Positions 32,253 to 56,509 of a stretch of DNA of 64,000 bases are shown here, piece after piece (position 1 is the stretch's first letter; each line of letters starts with the position of its first letter). The stretch comes from the human T2T-CHM13v2.0 reference genome, Homo sapiens. Both the position numbers and the translations under genes were made by a program. The notes under the pieces were generated by a model that saw only the letters and a list, made by a program, of their open reading frames with translations, was not told the origin of the DNA and ran no database searches. The stretch lies in NCBI RefSeq assembly GCF_009914755.1, contig NC_060938.1. One strand, given 5' to 3'.

Positions 32253-33023
32253 TAGAGGGGTTACCGAGATCACACTTCTTGGTTAGCTGACATTGATTAT
32301 CAAAATGCTATGGAACCTACCTACTCCGAGAAACCTAATTTTAATAGTGAGATTAAATCTCTGAACCCTGGTGTAAAGGAGTTGTAAGATGTCTCCTGAA
32401 ATAGGCAGTGACAACCCTTAACATAAATCTTAGCCCAGCATCAGAAATGGAAAGAATTTTGGAATCAGAATCAGAACCAAGTTAGACTCTCAACCTGCGG
32501 CTCATATTACTTGTGTGACTTCACCCAAGTCACAGAATCCACATGAGCCTCAGTTTCCCCACTTCTAAAGGATATTAATACAATGTAAGGGTTAATTTCT
32601 GGTTTAAAAATATATAGCAGTACCCAGTACCTTGAAGGATGGGATGGAATTTCGATGGGTAAACATGAGGATGGAAATAGGATAATAAAAAACAAAACAA
32701 AGTGAGTGGCTTTAGAAAAGGCCAGAGAGTGGAAAAACAGAGAGTCACGTCCAAAAATGTTTCATTCAGTTGGGCTAGAGAATAATATATGTGGAGAATA
32801 GTAGAATATAGGACTGGAAAGTTGCTTAAAAAACTTGAGAGCCAAATTTAAAAATGAGATCTTCACTCTTTGGGCAAACGTTAGTGACCGAAGTCTCCTG
32901 TGTAAGGGAATGAAGGAGCTGTGTTTTTAAAAGATTAATCTAATGGCAGGATGGATTATAGGTAAAGAGATCTGTTTGAAGACTACTGCTGAAAAACTTC
33001 CTCTAGGTCCACAATAGAAAAAA

Positions 33024-33654
<631 letters not shown>

Positions 33655-33844
33655 TTAGGAAAAATTCACATAGTTCTACACAATTTTTAATGACAGGAGA
33701 AAATGCTTATAATAAAATGTTAAGTGAAAAAGGTAGGAGACAGAACTTCAAGATGATCTAAGTAGACGTAAAATAAATAGAAAGATCAGAGTGAAATGTG
33801 CATAGAAGTAGTTGTTTCTGGGCAGTGGCATCAAACAAGCAATA

Positions 33845-34104
<260 letters not shown>

Positions 34105-34257
34105 CAAGCAAAAATATTCTACCTTTAGCTTTATTCATTATAGGATTTTCCAAATACGCTATAATAAATATGTATGACTTTCATTGTCAGGGAAAAGTGA
34201 AGTTTTATCCTTAAGGAAGAAAATTATTACATCATTTTTAAGGAAATGTAATAGAGG

Positions 34258-34674
34258 TGTATTAGGCCATTGTTGCATTGCTATAAAGAAATATCTGAGG
34301 CTGGGCAATTAATAAAGAAAAGAGGGTTAATTGGCTCATGGGTCTGTAGGTGGTAAAGGAAGCACAATGCTGGCATCTGCTTCAGGTGAGGGCCTCAGGG
34401 AACTTACAATCGTGTGGAAGAGAAGGGGAGCCAGCACATCACATGGCCAGAGAGAGAGCAAAAGAGAGAGGAAGGAGGTGCCAGGCTCTTTTAAACAACC
34501 AAATCTCGCATCAACTTAGAGTGAGAACTCACTCATTATGGTGAGGACAGCACCAAGCCATTCATGAGGGATCTGCCCCCGAGACCTAAACACCTCCCAC
34601 TAGGCCCACTTCCAACATTGGAGGTCACATTTCAACATGAGATTTTCAAGTGACAAAACATCCAAACCATATCA
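34258..34674. mobile_element. MSTB-like MaLR solo LTR
   Basis: TG...CA ends (tgtattaggccatt / caaaccatatca); 5-bp TSD agagg/agaag. Confidence 0.88.
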
Positions 34675-35232
34675 AGAAGTAATGGACTAGGCAGGGGCAG
34701 TGGAAAGAAGAAGGTGCAGACATGAAGGACATTAGAAAGTTGGCTTTAGGGCCTGCTGACCAACTGCCTTGAGCCCTAAGTGATTCTGAGCGAATCAGAG
34801 AGTGGCTAGGAGAGGTGAGACATTAACAGAAATTGGGAAATTAGGAGGAGGGGGGGATTTTAGAGTATTAAGTTTTAGATACAGGTTCTAAGTCTTTTGA
34901 CAAAAAAAAATTTCTTTTATATTATGAGCCCCCAGCCCCTGTAACCTATCAGATGCTCTAATTAAGACCAAACTCAGACTGGGGAATCAGTGGCATTTCT
35001 GGGAAACTTTTCTTGTGCTGACAATTCACAGAGAAGTACTGTAATTAGATGCCAACTGTCTTCTGTGAAGTGACAACACGAGCTGGGGAACATGTGTCAG
35101 GCTGCAGTGGCGCAGTCCCTGGCTCCCACACAGCCTGCCGCCAACACACCCGGGGCTCTCCCAATGGTCGTGCCATTCTAAGCCTCACTCCCTCCTTACT
35201 ACTCCTCACGGGTGCTCAGTGACGATGAATGA

Positions 35233-35637
<405 letters not shown>

Positions 35638-35812
35638 TAGTCTCTTAACTCAGGCATCTGCCACTGAAGATTCTCAGAGACAGATGTAGTGTAACTGAAT
35701 GATGATATAGTCAACTCTGAATGACCCACATTTGGTTCAACTTTGGCTAATTTTTATTTTCATGGCAACTTGTCACGTTACTCAGCTGGCATTCTGGGCT
35801 GTCTACCTGATG

Positions 35813-39790
<3,978 letters not shown>

Positions 39791-40067
39791 ATACATACAA
39801 ATAAATGTATACACAAAAATATCTTATTCAACTGAGGATTAACTACTCAAAGCTGGTTTTTCTAAAAAGTCTTCTTTCCTAACAAAGTATAGGCCAAGGG
39901 AAACAAAGGAAAATGGGTGATCCTTAGGAGAGCCACAAACCTTGAAATCAGAGTAGTTTGCTTTAGCTGCTTGAGCACTGCATTTTTCACAATCCCAGAG
40001 CCTCTAGATACAAGTGCCAAGACATTCAAAGTGTTGGTTCTTGGCTGTTCAAGCAAAGCATCGTTAA

Positions 40068-40216
40068 CTATCTAAGGTTTCTATATGAGTTGTTCTCAAA
40101 ATGAGGACGCTGGACCAGCAGCATCACCTGGGAACTGGTTAAAGATGTAAATGCTTAGGCCTCACCCCATCTTACTGAATCATAAGCTTGGGGATGGGGC
40201 ATAGAATTCTGTGGTG
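40068..40216. mobile_element. MER5A, left part (right part at 42204-42243)
   Basis: gttctcaaa..ggaccagcagcatcacctgggaact..; continues as ccaagtgattctaatgcacactcagatttgagaacca after the L1. Confidence 0.85.
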
Positions 40217-40275
40217 TTTTTTTTTTTTTTTACTTCTCAGATAGCTGTTCTGCATGTAGAATTTTTTTTTAAATG

Positions 40276-42224
<1,949 letters not shown>

Positions 42225-43109
42225 TCAGATTTGAGAACCATTTCCTTAGGAGAAGCCAGTCATATCTATCAAGCAAGGATTCCCCTCTCATAATGGCTTC
42301 TCCTGAAGCCCTACAGTCAAAATAAGTATTCTGCTTTTATAGCTGTGGAAAGAACTATAGGCTCACCAGGAATCTTCTAGGGAGCTTTCTTCCAGGACTA
42401 GGAGCTCAAAAAGATAAAAAATGGTTCAATGTGGGAATTGCTGTTATCACCTACAGACATTTTCCTACTTTTACCGAGGGCACAGAAGTCACTGAAATAA
42501 ATTTCTCCCCAGAACACTGATCTATTGTTTTTTTTTTTTATGATAACCACTGAGCTATTTCAGTGTAAGTAAACAATGACAGAAGGGCAACTTGTAAGTC
42601 TGATGTGTTAGAAGAGAAAGTACAAAGATTAAAAAACAACAACAACAACAACAGGAGAGAGTGAGAGTAAAGTAGGAAGAGAAAAACAGAAACCAATAGT
42701 CAGAAATAGGAAAGGGATACGGGAATATAAGATGCAGAAGGATAGAGGCAGGTGCTGCTCAGTGGAAAACATACCTTTCACTACAATAAGTGAGTATGAC
42801 TTTATTAGAAAAGCGTAAGGTTTATTTAAAAAAACAAGATTAAATGAATCCATCCAACTTAGCAATTTGTCCTAAATAATCATTGATCAGGTCTGGTCAC
42901 TCTGATGTCTTCCTTATGTTTTATTTCATTCTTATGTCTCAAATCCAGTGCCCCCAACCCTTGTCTAACACTTCAAAATCATACCACAAATCAAAATCTC
43001 ACAAAGTTAACTGAATCATTTCAGCTACTTCTTTCCTTGCCCAAAACAAATGCCCTAAACCATTAGATTCGCTTTTAATGCCTTTTAAAAAATTGATGAA
43101 AAATAATTA

Positions 43110-43352
43110 ATAAACTTTATTTTTTGCGTGCAGTTTTAGATTTACAAAATAACTGAGCAAATAGTGCATAGAGTTCCACACACGCCTCCCACCGTGTCCT
43201 CCTACCAATCCCCCATGGTATCTTCTATTAACATCTAACATGTGGTACATTTGTTACAGTCAATGAACACATATTAATACATTGTTATTAACTATAGTCC
43301 ATAGTTTACATTACATTAAGATTTACTCCTTGTGTTGTACAGTTCTGTGGAT
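43110..43352 (-). mobile_element. L1MC/MD 3' end fragment
   Basis: ttttagatttaca..gttattaactatagtccatagtttacatt motifs. Confidence 0.6.
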
Positions 43353-43354
43353 TT

Positions 43355-46300
43355 TGTTTTCTTGAGGATTTTGTCATCTATATTCATCTGGGATACTAAC
43401 CTGTAGTCTTCTTTTTTTGTCATGTCCTTGTCTGGTTTTGGTATCAGGGCAATGCTGGCCTCATAGAATGAGTTAATCACGTTTTGTTAATATTTTGGGG
43501 TTTTTTTTCAGTCTCCATTTCATTTATTTCTGCTCTGACTTTTATTATTTCTTCTACTAATTTTGAGTTTGGATTATTCATGCTTTTCTAGTTCCTCAAG
43601 GTGCATCATTAGGTTATTTATTTGACATCTTTCTAGTTTTTTGATGTAGGTATTTATCACTATAAACTTGACTCTTAATACTGCTTTTGCTGTGCCCCCA
43701 TAAGTTTTCGTATATTGTATTTCTATTTCCATTTGTATCAGTAAATTTTTAAATAGCATCCTTCATTTCTTCCTTCACCCATTGGTCATTTAGGAGCATG
43801 TTGTTTAATTTTTATGTATTGTATACTTTTGAATGTTCCTGTTGTTATTGATTTCTAGTTTTATTCCATTGTGGTCAGATAAAATACTTGATAAGATTTT
43901 GATTTTTAAAAATTTTGGATAAACTTTTTGACATTTGTTTTGTGTCCTAACATATAGTCAATCCTGGAGAATATTCCACATGCTGATGAAAAGAATGTGT
44001 ACTGTGCAGCTGTTGGATGAAATGTTCTATAAATGTCTGTTAAGTCATTTGGTCTGTGATGCAGTTTAAATTCCATGTTTCTTTGATGATTTTCTGTCTA
44101 GATGATTTGTCCAAGGCTAAGAGTGGGTGTTGAAGTCCCCAGCTATTATTGTATTGGGATCTCTATTTGCCTTTAGATCTAATATTTGCTTTATAAATCT
44201 GGGTGCTCCAGTGTACATGTATATTTACAATTGTTATATCTTCACGTTAAATTGATCCGTTTATAACTATAGAATGACTTTCTTCATCTTTTTTTTTTAC
44301 AGTTTCTGACATAAATTCTGTTTTATCTGATATAAATATGGCTACTCTTGCTTGACTTTGGTTTCCATTTGCATCGAATATCTTGTTTCATTTCTTCACT
44401 TTCAGTCTATATGCATCTTTACAGGTGAAGTAAGTTTCATGTAGGCAGCATATAGTTGGGTCATTTTTTAAAAAATCCATTCAGCCAGTCTATATCTTTT
44501 AAGCAGGGAATTTTAATCTATTTACATTTAAGGTTATTAGTGATAGGTAAAGACTTACTCATGTCATTTTGTTACATGTTTTCTGGTTGTTTTGTATATC
44601 ATTTGCTCCTTACTTCTCTTATTGTTTATTTTTGCAGTTGAGTGATTTTCTGTAGTGATAAGGTTTTATTGCTTTCTCTTTCTCCTTTGTGTATCAGCTC
44701 TACCAGTGAGTTTTATAGTTTTGCATGTTTGCATGATGGTGGCTATCATCTTTTCATTTCTATATATAAGTCCCTTGAGCATTTTTTGTAAGGCCAATCT
44801 AGTGATGATGAATTTCCTTAGTTTTGGTTTATCTGTAAAAGATTTTAATCTTAAGAGTTTAATCTTAAGAGTTTTCTTAAGATTATTATTTTAAATTCTT
44901 TTTCTGACATTTTCTATGTTTTCTTATTATTGATGTTTGTTACTGGAGAATTATTGTTTTTCTTTGGAAGTGTCATGTATCCTGTGGTCCTATGTTGAGT
45001 TCTGTGCATCTAATGGAAAAAATGCCTCCTCCAATTTTATGGAGTAGTGTCACAGGGAAAGACTTATTTATATGAATGGGTCTTGGGATGTCAGTTCAGT
45101 GGGTTGCATTGGCTTTGGTTCTAAGTGGATGCAACAGTGTAGTCTCCATGTAGTTTCTTTAGTGTTTGCAAGTTTCTCAGTGGCCTAGGCTTAGAGAGTT
45201 TGTGGCATCAGTGGTGCAGCTTTGCCAGGGGTAGGCTCACCAGGCTGTTTCTCAGGTCAAGGACAGACAGGCACATACACACAGTGGGTTGGCCAACCTG
45301 AGGTCTGGCTTGCTGGGTTTGGGGCCATGGGGCTGTTACTGTGGCCAGAAGCATGATCACACAGTTGTTGTCTATGAGTAGCAGCCTACAGAGCTGTTTC
45401 TCAGGCCTGGTGTTTCTCAGAGCTATGCACCAGGGATGTGGGTGCACAGCTGCTTGGGTGTGGGTGATCTGGGGGCATGTTTACTGGGTGGGTGGCCCAC
45501 AGAGCCGTTTCTCAAATCTGGAACACAAGTGCAAGTCTGCTTGGCTGACTCAGGGACGTGCTCACTGGGGACAGCCTGTGGGCTGTTTCTGAGGCCTGAT
45601 ATGTGGATACAGGGCTGCTTGGCAGCCTGGGGCATGTCAACCTGGGTGGCTTATGGGACTGTTTCTCTGGTCCAGGATATGGGTTCTTGCCTGTTTGGCT
45701 GGCCTGGGGGCATGTCCGTCAGGAGCAACCTGCAGGACTATGTCTCAGACCCTGATTTTGGGTGCAGGGTCATTGGGCAGGCCAGAAACATATCTGTAGG
45801 GGATGGAGGCACTGCGGAACAGTTTCTTTGTGCCCTAAGCACAGCACATAGCCATTCTGCTTGCCCAAGGGTATATCAAGCTGTTTAGAGGTTCAGGGGT
45901 CTCTCTCATTTGAGGGTGTGTATGCAGCAGTTTGGCTGACTCAAGGGTGGGTTTTCCATGGATAAGACTGTCGTACTCTCCCTCTGGCTAGAAGTGCAGC
46001 AGTGAGGGTTGGTTTCCCTGCTATGTAAAGCCAAAGCCACAGCAGATCCTGGCCCAGGTTCTGCACAGGTGGTGTTGTCGTGTTCAGCCACCAGTGTGGG
46101 CTTGGTGGAATGGAGATGGAGCCCTAGGGCTGGAGAGATGCGGTGGCCAGTGGCCCCCCAGAGCAGGTTACTCTCCAGAGGTGGCTCTGGTCTCAAGCAG
46201 CAGTTTGGCTCACAGGTGGTGATTGGGGAGTAGGAAGTGCATACCTTGTGCTCTTAACCTGGGGCAATGCAGCTGTGTGAATTCCTAGCAACTCCCAAAA

Positions 46301-46650
46301 CTAGGCTCAGGGCTTGTGATGACTGTGGGATTCTCCTGTTGTAAGGACTGTAGGTGTTTTTGGTAGCAATGGGGGCTGGTGGGGCTCTTCTGCTTACGTT
46401 TTCCCTGCAATGGGAGGTCTCTCCTGACTCTGGGCAGATCTAGTCCACATGGGTGATATAGGTGCCTCCACACTACCCTCCTGGACTTTCCATCACCACA
46501 GACATGTCTCTGCTCCCCAGCTGCCCTCCAGTGACCTTCCTTTGACACTCCAGTCACATCTTAGCAGTTTATTCATTGCTTTGGTCCTTTCTTGTGGGAG
46601 AAGGATGAATGACAGGTGTCTCTAGTCAGCCATCTTGCTGACATCACTCC
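43355..46650 (-). mobile_element. Old L1M/L1PB-type element 5' half: 5' UTR with monomer array, internally deleted ORF1, ORF2 EN region
   Basis: 5' end caagatggctgactagagacac (rc of 46617-46638); ORF1 remnant ..MSEKEFKIIILRKL; EN remnants at 43500-44400. Confidence 0.8.
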
Positions 46651-47274
46651 CTGAGAATTTTTCTACACTACCCCTTAATAGCTTTTTAAAACATTAAATA
46701 TTATAAGAATAACTTTGTTAGGATGAAAAAGGCTCAGCAGGTACTGTTTCATTAGTCTCACTATTATGATCATTATTAGAAATGATAAAAAATGAATCCC
46801 TAAATAAATAGCAAAAATCATAGAATTTTAAAGCTATAAAAGATCTTGAGAATTAACAAATCTCAAATTCTTCAAGGTCTCACCCCTCCCTTCTCAGCTC
46901 CCTACGCCATTTATCAGCTGACTCTACTGGAGAGAAATAAATAGATGAAGAAAAACAAAACAAAACAAATTTTGGTTATAAGTAATCCTCTTAAGCCCAA
47001 TTTAATAAAGCATGGATTTCTTTTTATTGCCTATTTGCATCAGGAACATAATTACTAGCTAGAGTCTAATTTGAGAATGTTAATTATGGATGAAAGATGT
47101 AATATTCTAAGAACAGAATGGAATTCACTACTGCTGTATTGCAGAGACATTAGTGGGATTTAGTAATGCTAGTGAGGTTGAAAAATAAGTTATATATATT
47201 ATTTTTCTTTTCCAAAACCATGGATTTCAGTGACACTTTATAACTGTGTACTTTGGAACACTGATAAAAAATTA

Positions 47275-47578
47275 GGCTGCGTGCAACGGCTCATGCCTGT
47301 AATCCCAAAACTTTGAGAGGCCCAGGCGGGAGGATGGCTTGGGCTCAGGAGCTCAAGACCACCCTGGGCAATATGTCAAGACCCTGTCCCTACAAAAAAG
47401 AAAAAAGAAAAAAGTTATCTGGGCGTGGTAGTGCACACCTGAGGTCCCAGTTACTCAGGAGGCTGAGGCAAGGGGATTGCTTGAGCTGGGAGGTCAAGGC
47501 TGCAAAGAGCCATGATAGAGCCACTGCACTCTAGCCTGGGTAACAGAGAGAGACCTTTTCTCAGGAAAAAAAAAAAAA
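47275..47578 (+). mobile_element. AluJ-like
   Basis: Dimeric Alu with A tail. Confidence 0.9.
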
Positions 47579-48899
47579 GGTAAATGATGACCTTGTTGAA
47601 TATTGTGCCCTCAGATTTACTAGTCTTTAAAATTTAAATTGAGCATCTTAAATCTAGATGAGTGAAAAATGTTGGAAACTTAAACTTATCTATACTGTCA
47701 CTTTAGTTCCTTTAGAAATGAAGAATTTACTTTATAAAACATTTATATTTTTTTCTCATATCTTGACAGTAGTCCTACCATGGCTCTTTCCTTTGTTTCA
47801 AAGAGGATAGTGGCAGGCTTTATTTTAATTTGCATCTATTTTTCAAGGTACATTTACCTGATGCTTCTCAGTCTCGCTTAACCTTCATTTAAGTCATCAG
47901 ATCTATTTGATAAAGACTATATGAATATTTGCAAACTGTATAGAAAATTACGATTTTAACATTTACTTTCTGAAAGATCCATTGTAGAACTTGAACTGGG
48001 TGTATTTGCCAGTCCCCTTAAAATGGACCACAATTATGTCTTTGCATGTTTATTTTGTAGGATAATAGCTAAGATAATTATTCTTCCTAAACTATTTGTT
48101 TTATTCAATACTTCCAAAATACTTATTGAAAATGTGTCAAGAAATAAGAATTTGGTGAAAATTATGTGACTTAAGTTTATGTTTTAGTATGCCAATGAGG
48201 TTAAGGAAATAAGTATTTTGATTATTATCAGTTTTAAAAATCAGGAGCACAGAAAATAAGCTTCTTTATCCAAAGACATTTCTGAAAGTGAAATCTAAAA
48301 AACTGCTAGCCTCTTCTTTTATCCAACAACCATAAGAAATGTTATTAAATGTAAATAAGTTACATTATTTGCTACAAGATTCCCAAGCATGGCCACCCCT
48401 GGTAAAGCCAAAGACTTGGTGGTAAAGAAGCTACCAGAAGTTGGTGATTTCTCCTAACCATCCATTTCAGAATTTATCCCCAGGTCTCTTTGAAACCCTA
48501 TATTCCCAACATAGTTGACCTTATTTATTTACACGGCTCAGCAGCAGCAGTTAACTTCTCTCAGCCTGATAAGGGAAGGACAAGGAGGCGGCAGTGTTGG
48601 GGATGCCAGCAGCCCTATGGAGTGACTGGCAATAGATATAATAAGAATAGATTACATATTATTACGTACAATAAACTTTTACGGCTTTTACAGATTGAAT
48701 AGTCCACATGTTGCAGAAATTTAGGTAATTTTATTCTCATATGTTCTATAATCAGCAATGGCCTAGGTTTGCTAAACGTGTTTCATTACTACCCACAGAG
48801 CATTTAAAGAATGACCGGTTATTTTATATCTAGTAGATCTTTTCTAAATATTTGTGGTTATGCTGGCAAATTTTTGAGATGTGCTATTTATTTTTACAG

Positions 48900-48928
48900 G
48901 AGCTTGAGAACTGAATCAAACACTTCAG
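48900..48928 (+). CDS. GARIN2: GARIN2 29-nt coding micro-exon: (R)SLRTESNTS
   Basis: tttttacag acceptor, CAG|gtatgg donor; phase 2 to 1 bridges the neighbouring exons with no stop. Confidence 0.85.
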
Positions 48929-49401
48929 GTATGGAACAAATTCCACTACATGTTTTATTGTGATCCCTGGTATTCAGTAGTCATCTCTGGTTCCTAGAAG
49001 AGTAGTGTGGCTAAGAGCAAAGGAATTCAGCTAGACTTTTTGATGCATTTCCTTTCTTCACTATGCTCCATTCTGAGAATCCTATACTGAAGAAACTCTT
49101 TCTCAAAGCCGATCCTCAGGCTATCTTTCAAGTGGAAAACATTATGGTACTTTACTACTTCAGTTTTCTTTTTCTGCACTGGTTTAGTTTCCCAGTTCCC
49201 TGTATCTAAATCATCAAGCATAAACCACGCCAAGCCTAGTTCTGCAGGCAGAATGCAAACTACAGCAATCATAGGACCTGCCATCCTTGCTGATATATAA
49301 CGGGAATGGTCCACAACTAAATTTTTGGTAAATGTAAAATTATCCAGCTCCTCTTTGTTCCTCCTATGTCTTTAGCCTCTACCAGGTGATACTATTTAAT
49401 G

Positions 49402-51680
<2,279 letters not shown>

Positions 51681-52195
51681 CCATTTCTCTACTTTCTTAG
51701 CTTTAAGTTTTTACCTTTCTAGGCTTTATTCTCCTTAACTTTTAAATTTTTTTTTTTACAGTGAGCCCAAATTATGGGCTTATCTCTGATTCTTTGATAT
51801 TTTTTCCAAGATGAAAAGAGACAAAGGATAGAGATTCAAGAAAAGAAGAGAAAGAAAAATCACATAAAATATTGGGAGTTTCCTTCCTACCCTTACCCAT
51901 CTTTCTTTTCCATGTTCCTCTTAAATATTACAAACCAAATTCCTTGGAATCCTAAGCAGCCAGGTTCATTCTTTGTTTATAAAACCCAGGCTTAATAAAA
52001 AAGGAGGGAGCCCTCTAAAAGGGAACCTGCTTGTGAAATTCAACAATAAGCTCCATTGCAAAGAATAAATACATTTTTGATGAGGTGGTTAGAACATAAT
52101 CTGAATTTAATATTCAAAATAAGCTCTTTCTCCTTCTGTGCCTTTTTTTTCCTCCTGCTTTTGGCTTTTTTTCTTTCTCACTTCCTCTCTATTGA

Positions 52196-52386
<191 letters not shown>

Positions 52387-52780
52387 GTAACTTTTTAATT
52401 ATAAGTCTCTATAGGAATACATGATAGCTATGATACTGTCACACAAAAAAGTTGTTAATAAGTGGGATCTTTTAACATTAAATCTTATTCTACTGTAGTA
52501 ACAATATAAGTGGAATGAAATGTTAGGGGTTTGTTGTGGTTTCTGCTCTAGAATCCATCATGGGTCAAAAGATAACATCAGCACAGGGAGGAGGAGAGAG
52601 GGCTTCAGGTGAGGCACTGGAAGAGAATTATGTGCTGCACTACCATAGCGATTCTTCTCATTTCTGTACTTCTTTGTAACCTTATCATGCTCTTTCCCAA
52701 CCTGCTTTTTAGATCAGCCAATACAATCAAGACCTCTTTTTTTTCATAGCAAAATGATACAGATATTCGTAGAGTGCCTG

Positions 52781-52876
52781 CAGGGCTGTCATGTACAGTT
52801 ATGTAGCTTGTACACACCATACACACTGTAGTTTATGTGCAATTCATAATCTGCACAGCTGTATAGGGTGGCCCTG
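52781..52876. mobile_element. MER91-like (hAT-Tip100) miniature inverted-repeat element
   Basis: cagggctgtcatgtacagttatgtag ... ctgcacagctgtatagggtggccctg imperfect TIRs. Confidence 0.65.
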
Positions 52877-53042
52877 GCCTACTGTATTCTAAGTTTGTTC
52901 GAAACACCAGCTCTGCAGTGCGTTGCTGAAAAATGAAACTTCTCTCAGCCATGATAACAACACCCAGTAGCACAGAAAGAGTGGAAGCAATGCAATTTTA
53001 GGGCCATTGTGTCTTCTGTTGCCTCCTTCATAAAGCTAATGC

Positions 53043-53047
<5 letters not shown>

Positions 53048-53096
<49 letters not shown>

Positions 53097-53119
53097 CGCG
53101 TGCGCATGCGCGTGCATGC
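53048..53119. repeat. (GT)20(GC)6 plus mixed RY alternating tract
   Basis: 72 bp of unbroken purine-pyrimidine alternation. Confidence 0.95.
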
Positions 53120-53287
53120 TCATAAGGGCTGAGTTCACAGTATTGAAGGGGGGAGGTTGGTGGACCACGGGTGGCCTGGGCAGTAACCCCTTGCCCATCT
53201 TGGCAGGGCCTTGCTGATGGAATCAAGGTGCTCACTCTTCTGTCCACCCTTCTGTCACTCTGCCACCAAAGCCAGCTTAGCACTTGA

Positions 53288-53831
<544 letters not shown>

Positions 53832-54285
53832 TGAAAGGTAATGGACCAGAGGAGAACAATGTGGCTGAAAAACAACAAATGTCCACACTCCATAATTCCC
53901 TGGCCTCCACATACATTTCCTGATCTGTACCTGTTCCTTTGTGACTTCTTTCCCCCTTAAGAATGCTCCTAATATTCCCCTTAACTTGTTGTATGGTGTG
54001 GAGACAGCGATGGGTGGCATACAGGGTGACACGTGCTGGCTCCTACATCCACCTAGACAGAGTCTGAAGCTCTGCCATCTTTCAATATAATATAGAATTT
54101 AAAGAGAGAAATTTCTTTCAAGATAACTCAATATTTTACAATGATTTCAATCCCTTGATGGATATATTCAGCAACAAAATTTCAAATATTAGGGTCTCAT
54201 TAACAGAGAGCTGCAAATGCAAAGAATGACAAAAAATTATACCATACTTAAATTTTGACTTATTAAATTGAAAAATTTGCTCCCA

Positions 54286-55363
<1,078 letters not shown>

Positions 55364-55512
55364 TCATCCAAAGGATCTTTATTTTTTATATCAAGAAGAA
55401 AAGTTGTAGTATAAATATAATTTTGTTTGTTTCAATCATTTATTTTACCTGTATTTAGTTCATCTTGTCTTATAGTTAACAGTAATAACACTAAAAATAT
55501 TCTCTATTTCAG

Positions 55513-55675
55513 ACATTTGAATTAAATGAACTGACTTCTCCACCTTTTTTTAAAATCAGATACAAACTACTAAACTAAAAAGCAAACACAGCTCAGGGAA
55601 AGACAATCAGTGCAAGAGGAAAACCAAGCAGTGTCTTCTACGTGGCAGAAATAAAGCCTATGACTAATCATTACG
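55513..55675 (+). other. GARIN2: GARIN2 terminal exon (codes ..DI* at 55513-55520 for phase-1 isoforms, then a short 3' UTR)
   Basis: tctctatttcag acceptor; G+AC ATT TGA; AATAAA at 55650-55655. Confidence 0.75.
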
Positions 55676-56509
55676 AATTCAAATCCATGTCAACCTAATT
55701 TCATAAATCTTAACTATTTTAATTGTGGGTATCTATTTTAAAGGAAGCTAGAGGATTATGCAAAACGGTAAGATTTTCAATTCATAAACTCAGTTTTTAT
55801 GGATGGGGTTTCTTTTCTTTGGGATTGATGGAAAAATTTGTTATTCTCTTGGTTTCACTTTTCTCATTTGTATATTAGTCCAACACTGTTTTGTTTCTAA
55901 CATTGGAGAATGTGAGGTCATTCAAGGTAGGGACTGTGTTCATTTCATCTTTTGTTCTAGCTGAGTACCTGGTGCTGAGAGACAGTATTTATTGAATCAG
56001 TGTGTCATTTTCAAACAGGTTAAAAAAAATCCATGTACTTTTAAAAATAAAAAAGAAACTACAGACAGTCCCCATCCAGAGAATGGTTTGACTTTTTAAA
56101 AGCCATCACTTATTTTCTAAATGCTGCCAGTCATGCTACAGCATGTTTTTTATCCATTATCTCACTTAATCTTCACAGTAATATGAGGGACACTACTATT
56201 TTCCCCTGTTTTACAGGTGGTGAAAGTGAAGCTTAGAGGTTAAAGTTACTTGTCCAAGTCACACAGCTAGAAAATGGTGGAGATGATCTTTGAACCCAAG
56301 AAGCCCAACAGCCAAGCTAAACGCAAATTTGCGATTCACATTAGAACTCATGCTTTTAAATTCAGAATAAGGGTAGTTAGGTTTTTTTAAAGCAATGGAA
56401 ATCTATTTAACTCAAATTTCACACAAATAGTACTGGTTTTTCTACTGTGAACTGAGAATATCTCTTATCTCCATCTTTCCCTTCCTGGCCCACAAGCAAC
56501 CCTCTAGAA

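Noticed and set aside
45208-46557. Cluster of 70-150-aa ORFs
   Set aside because: They lie in the GC-rich 5' UTR of an old L1; no splice structure or recognisable homology.
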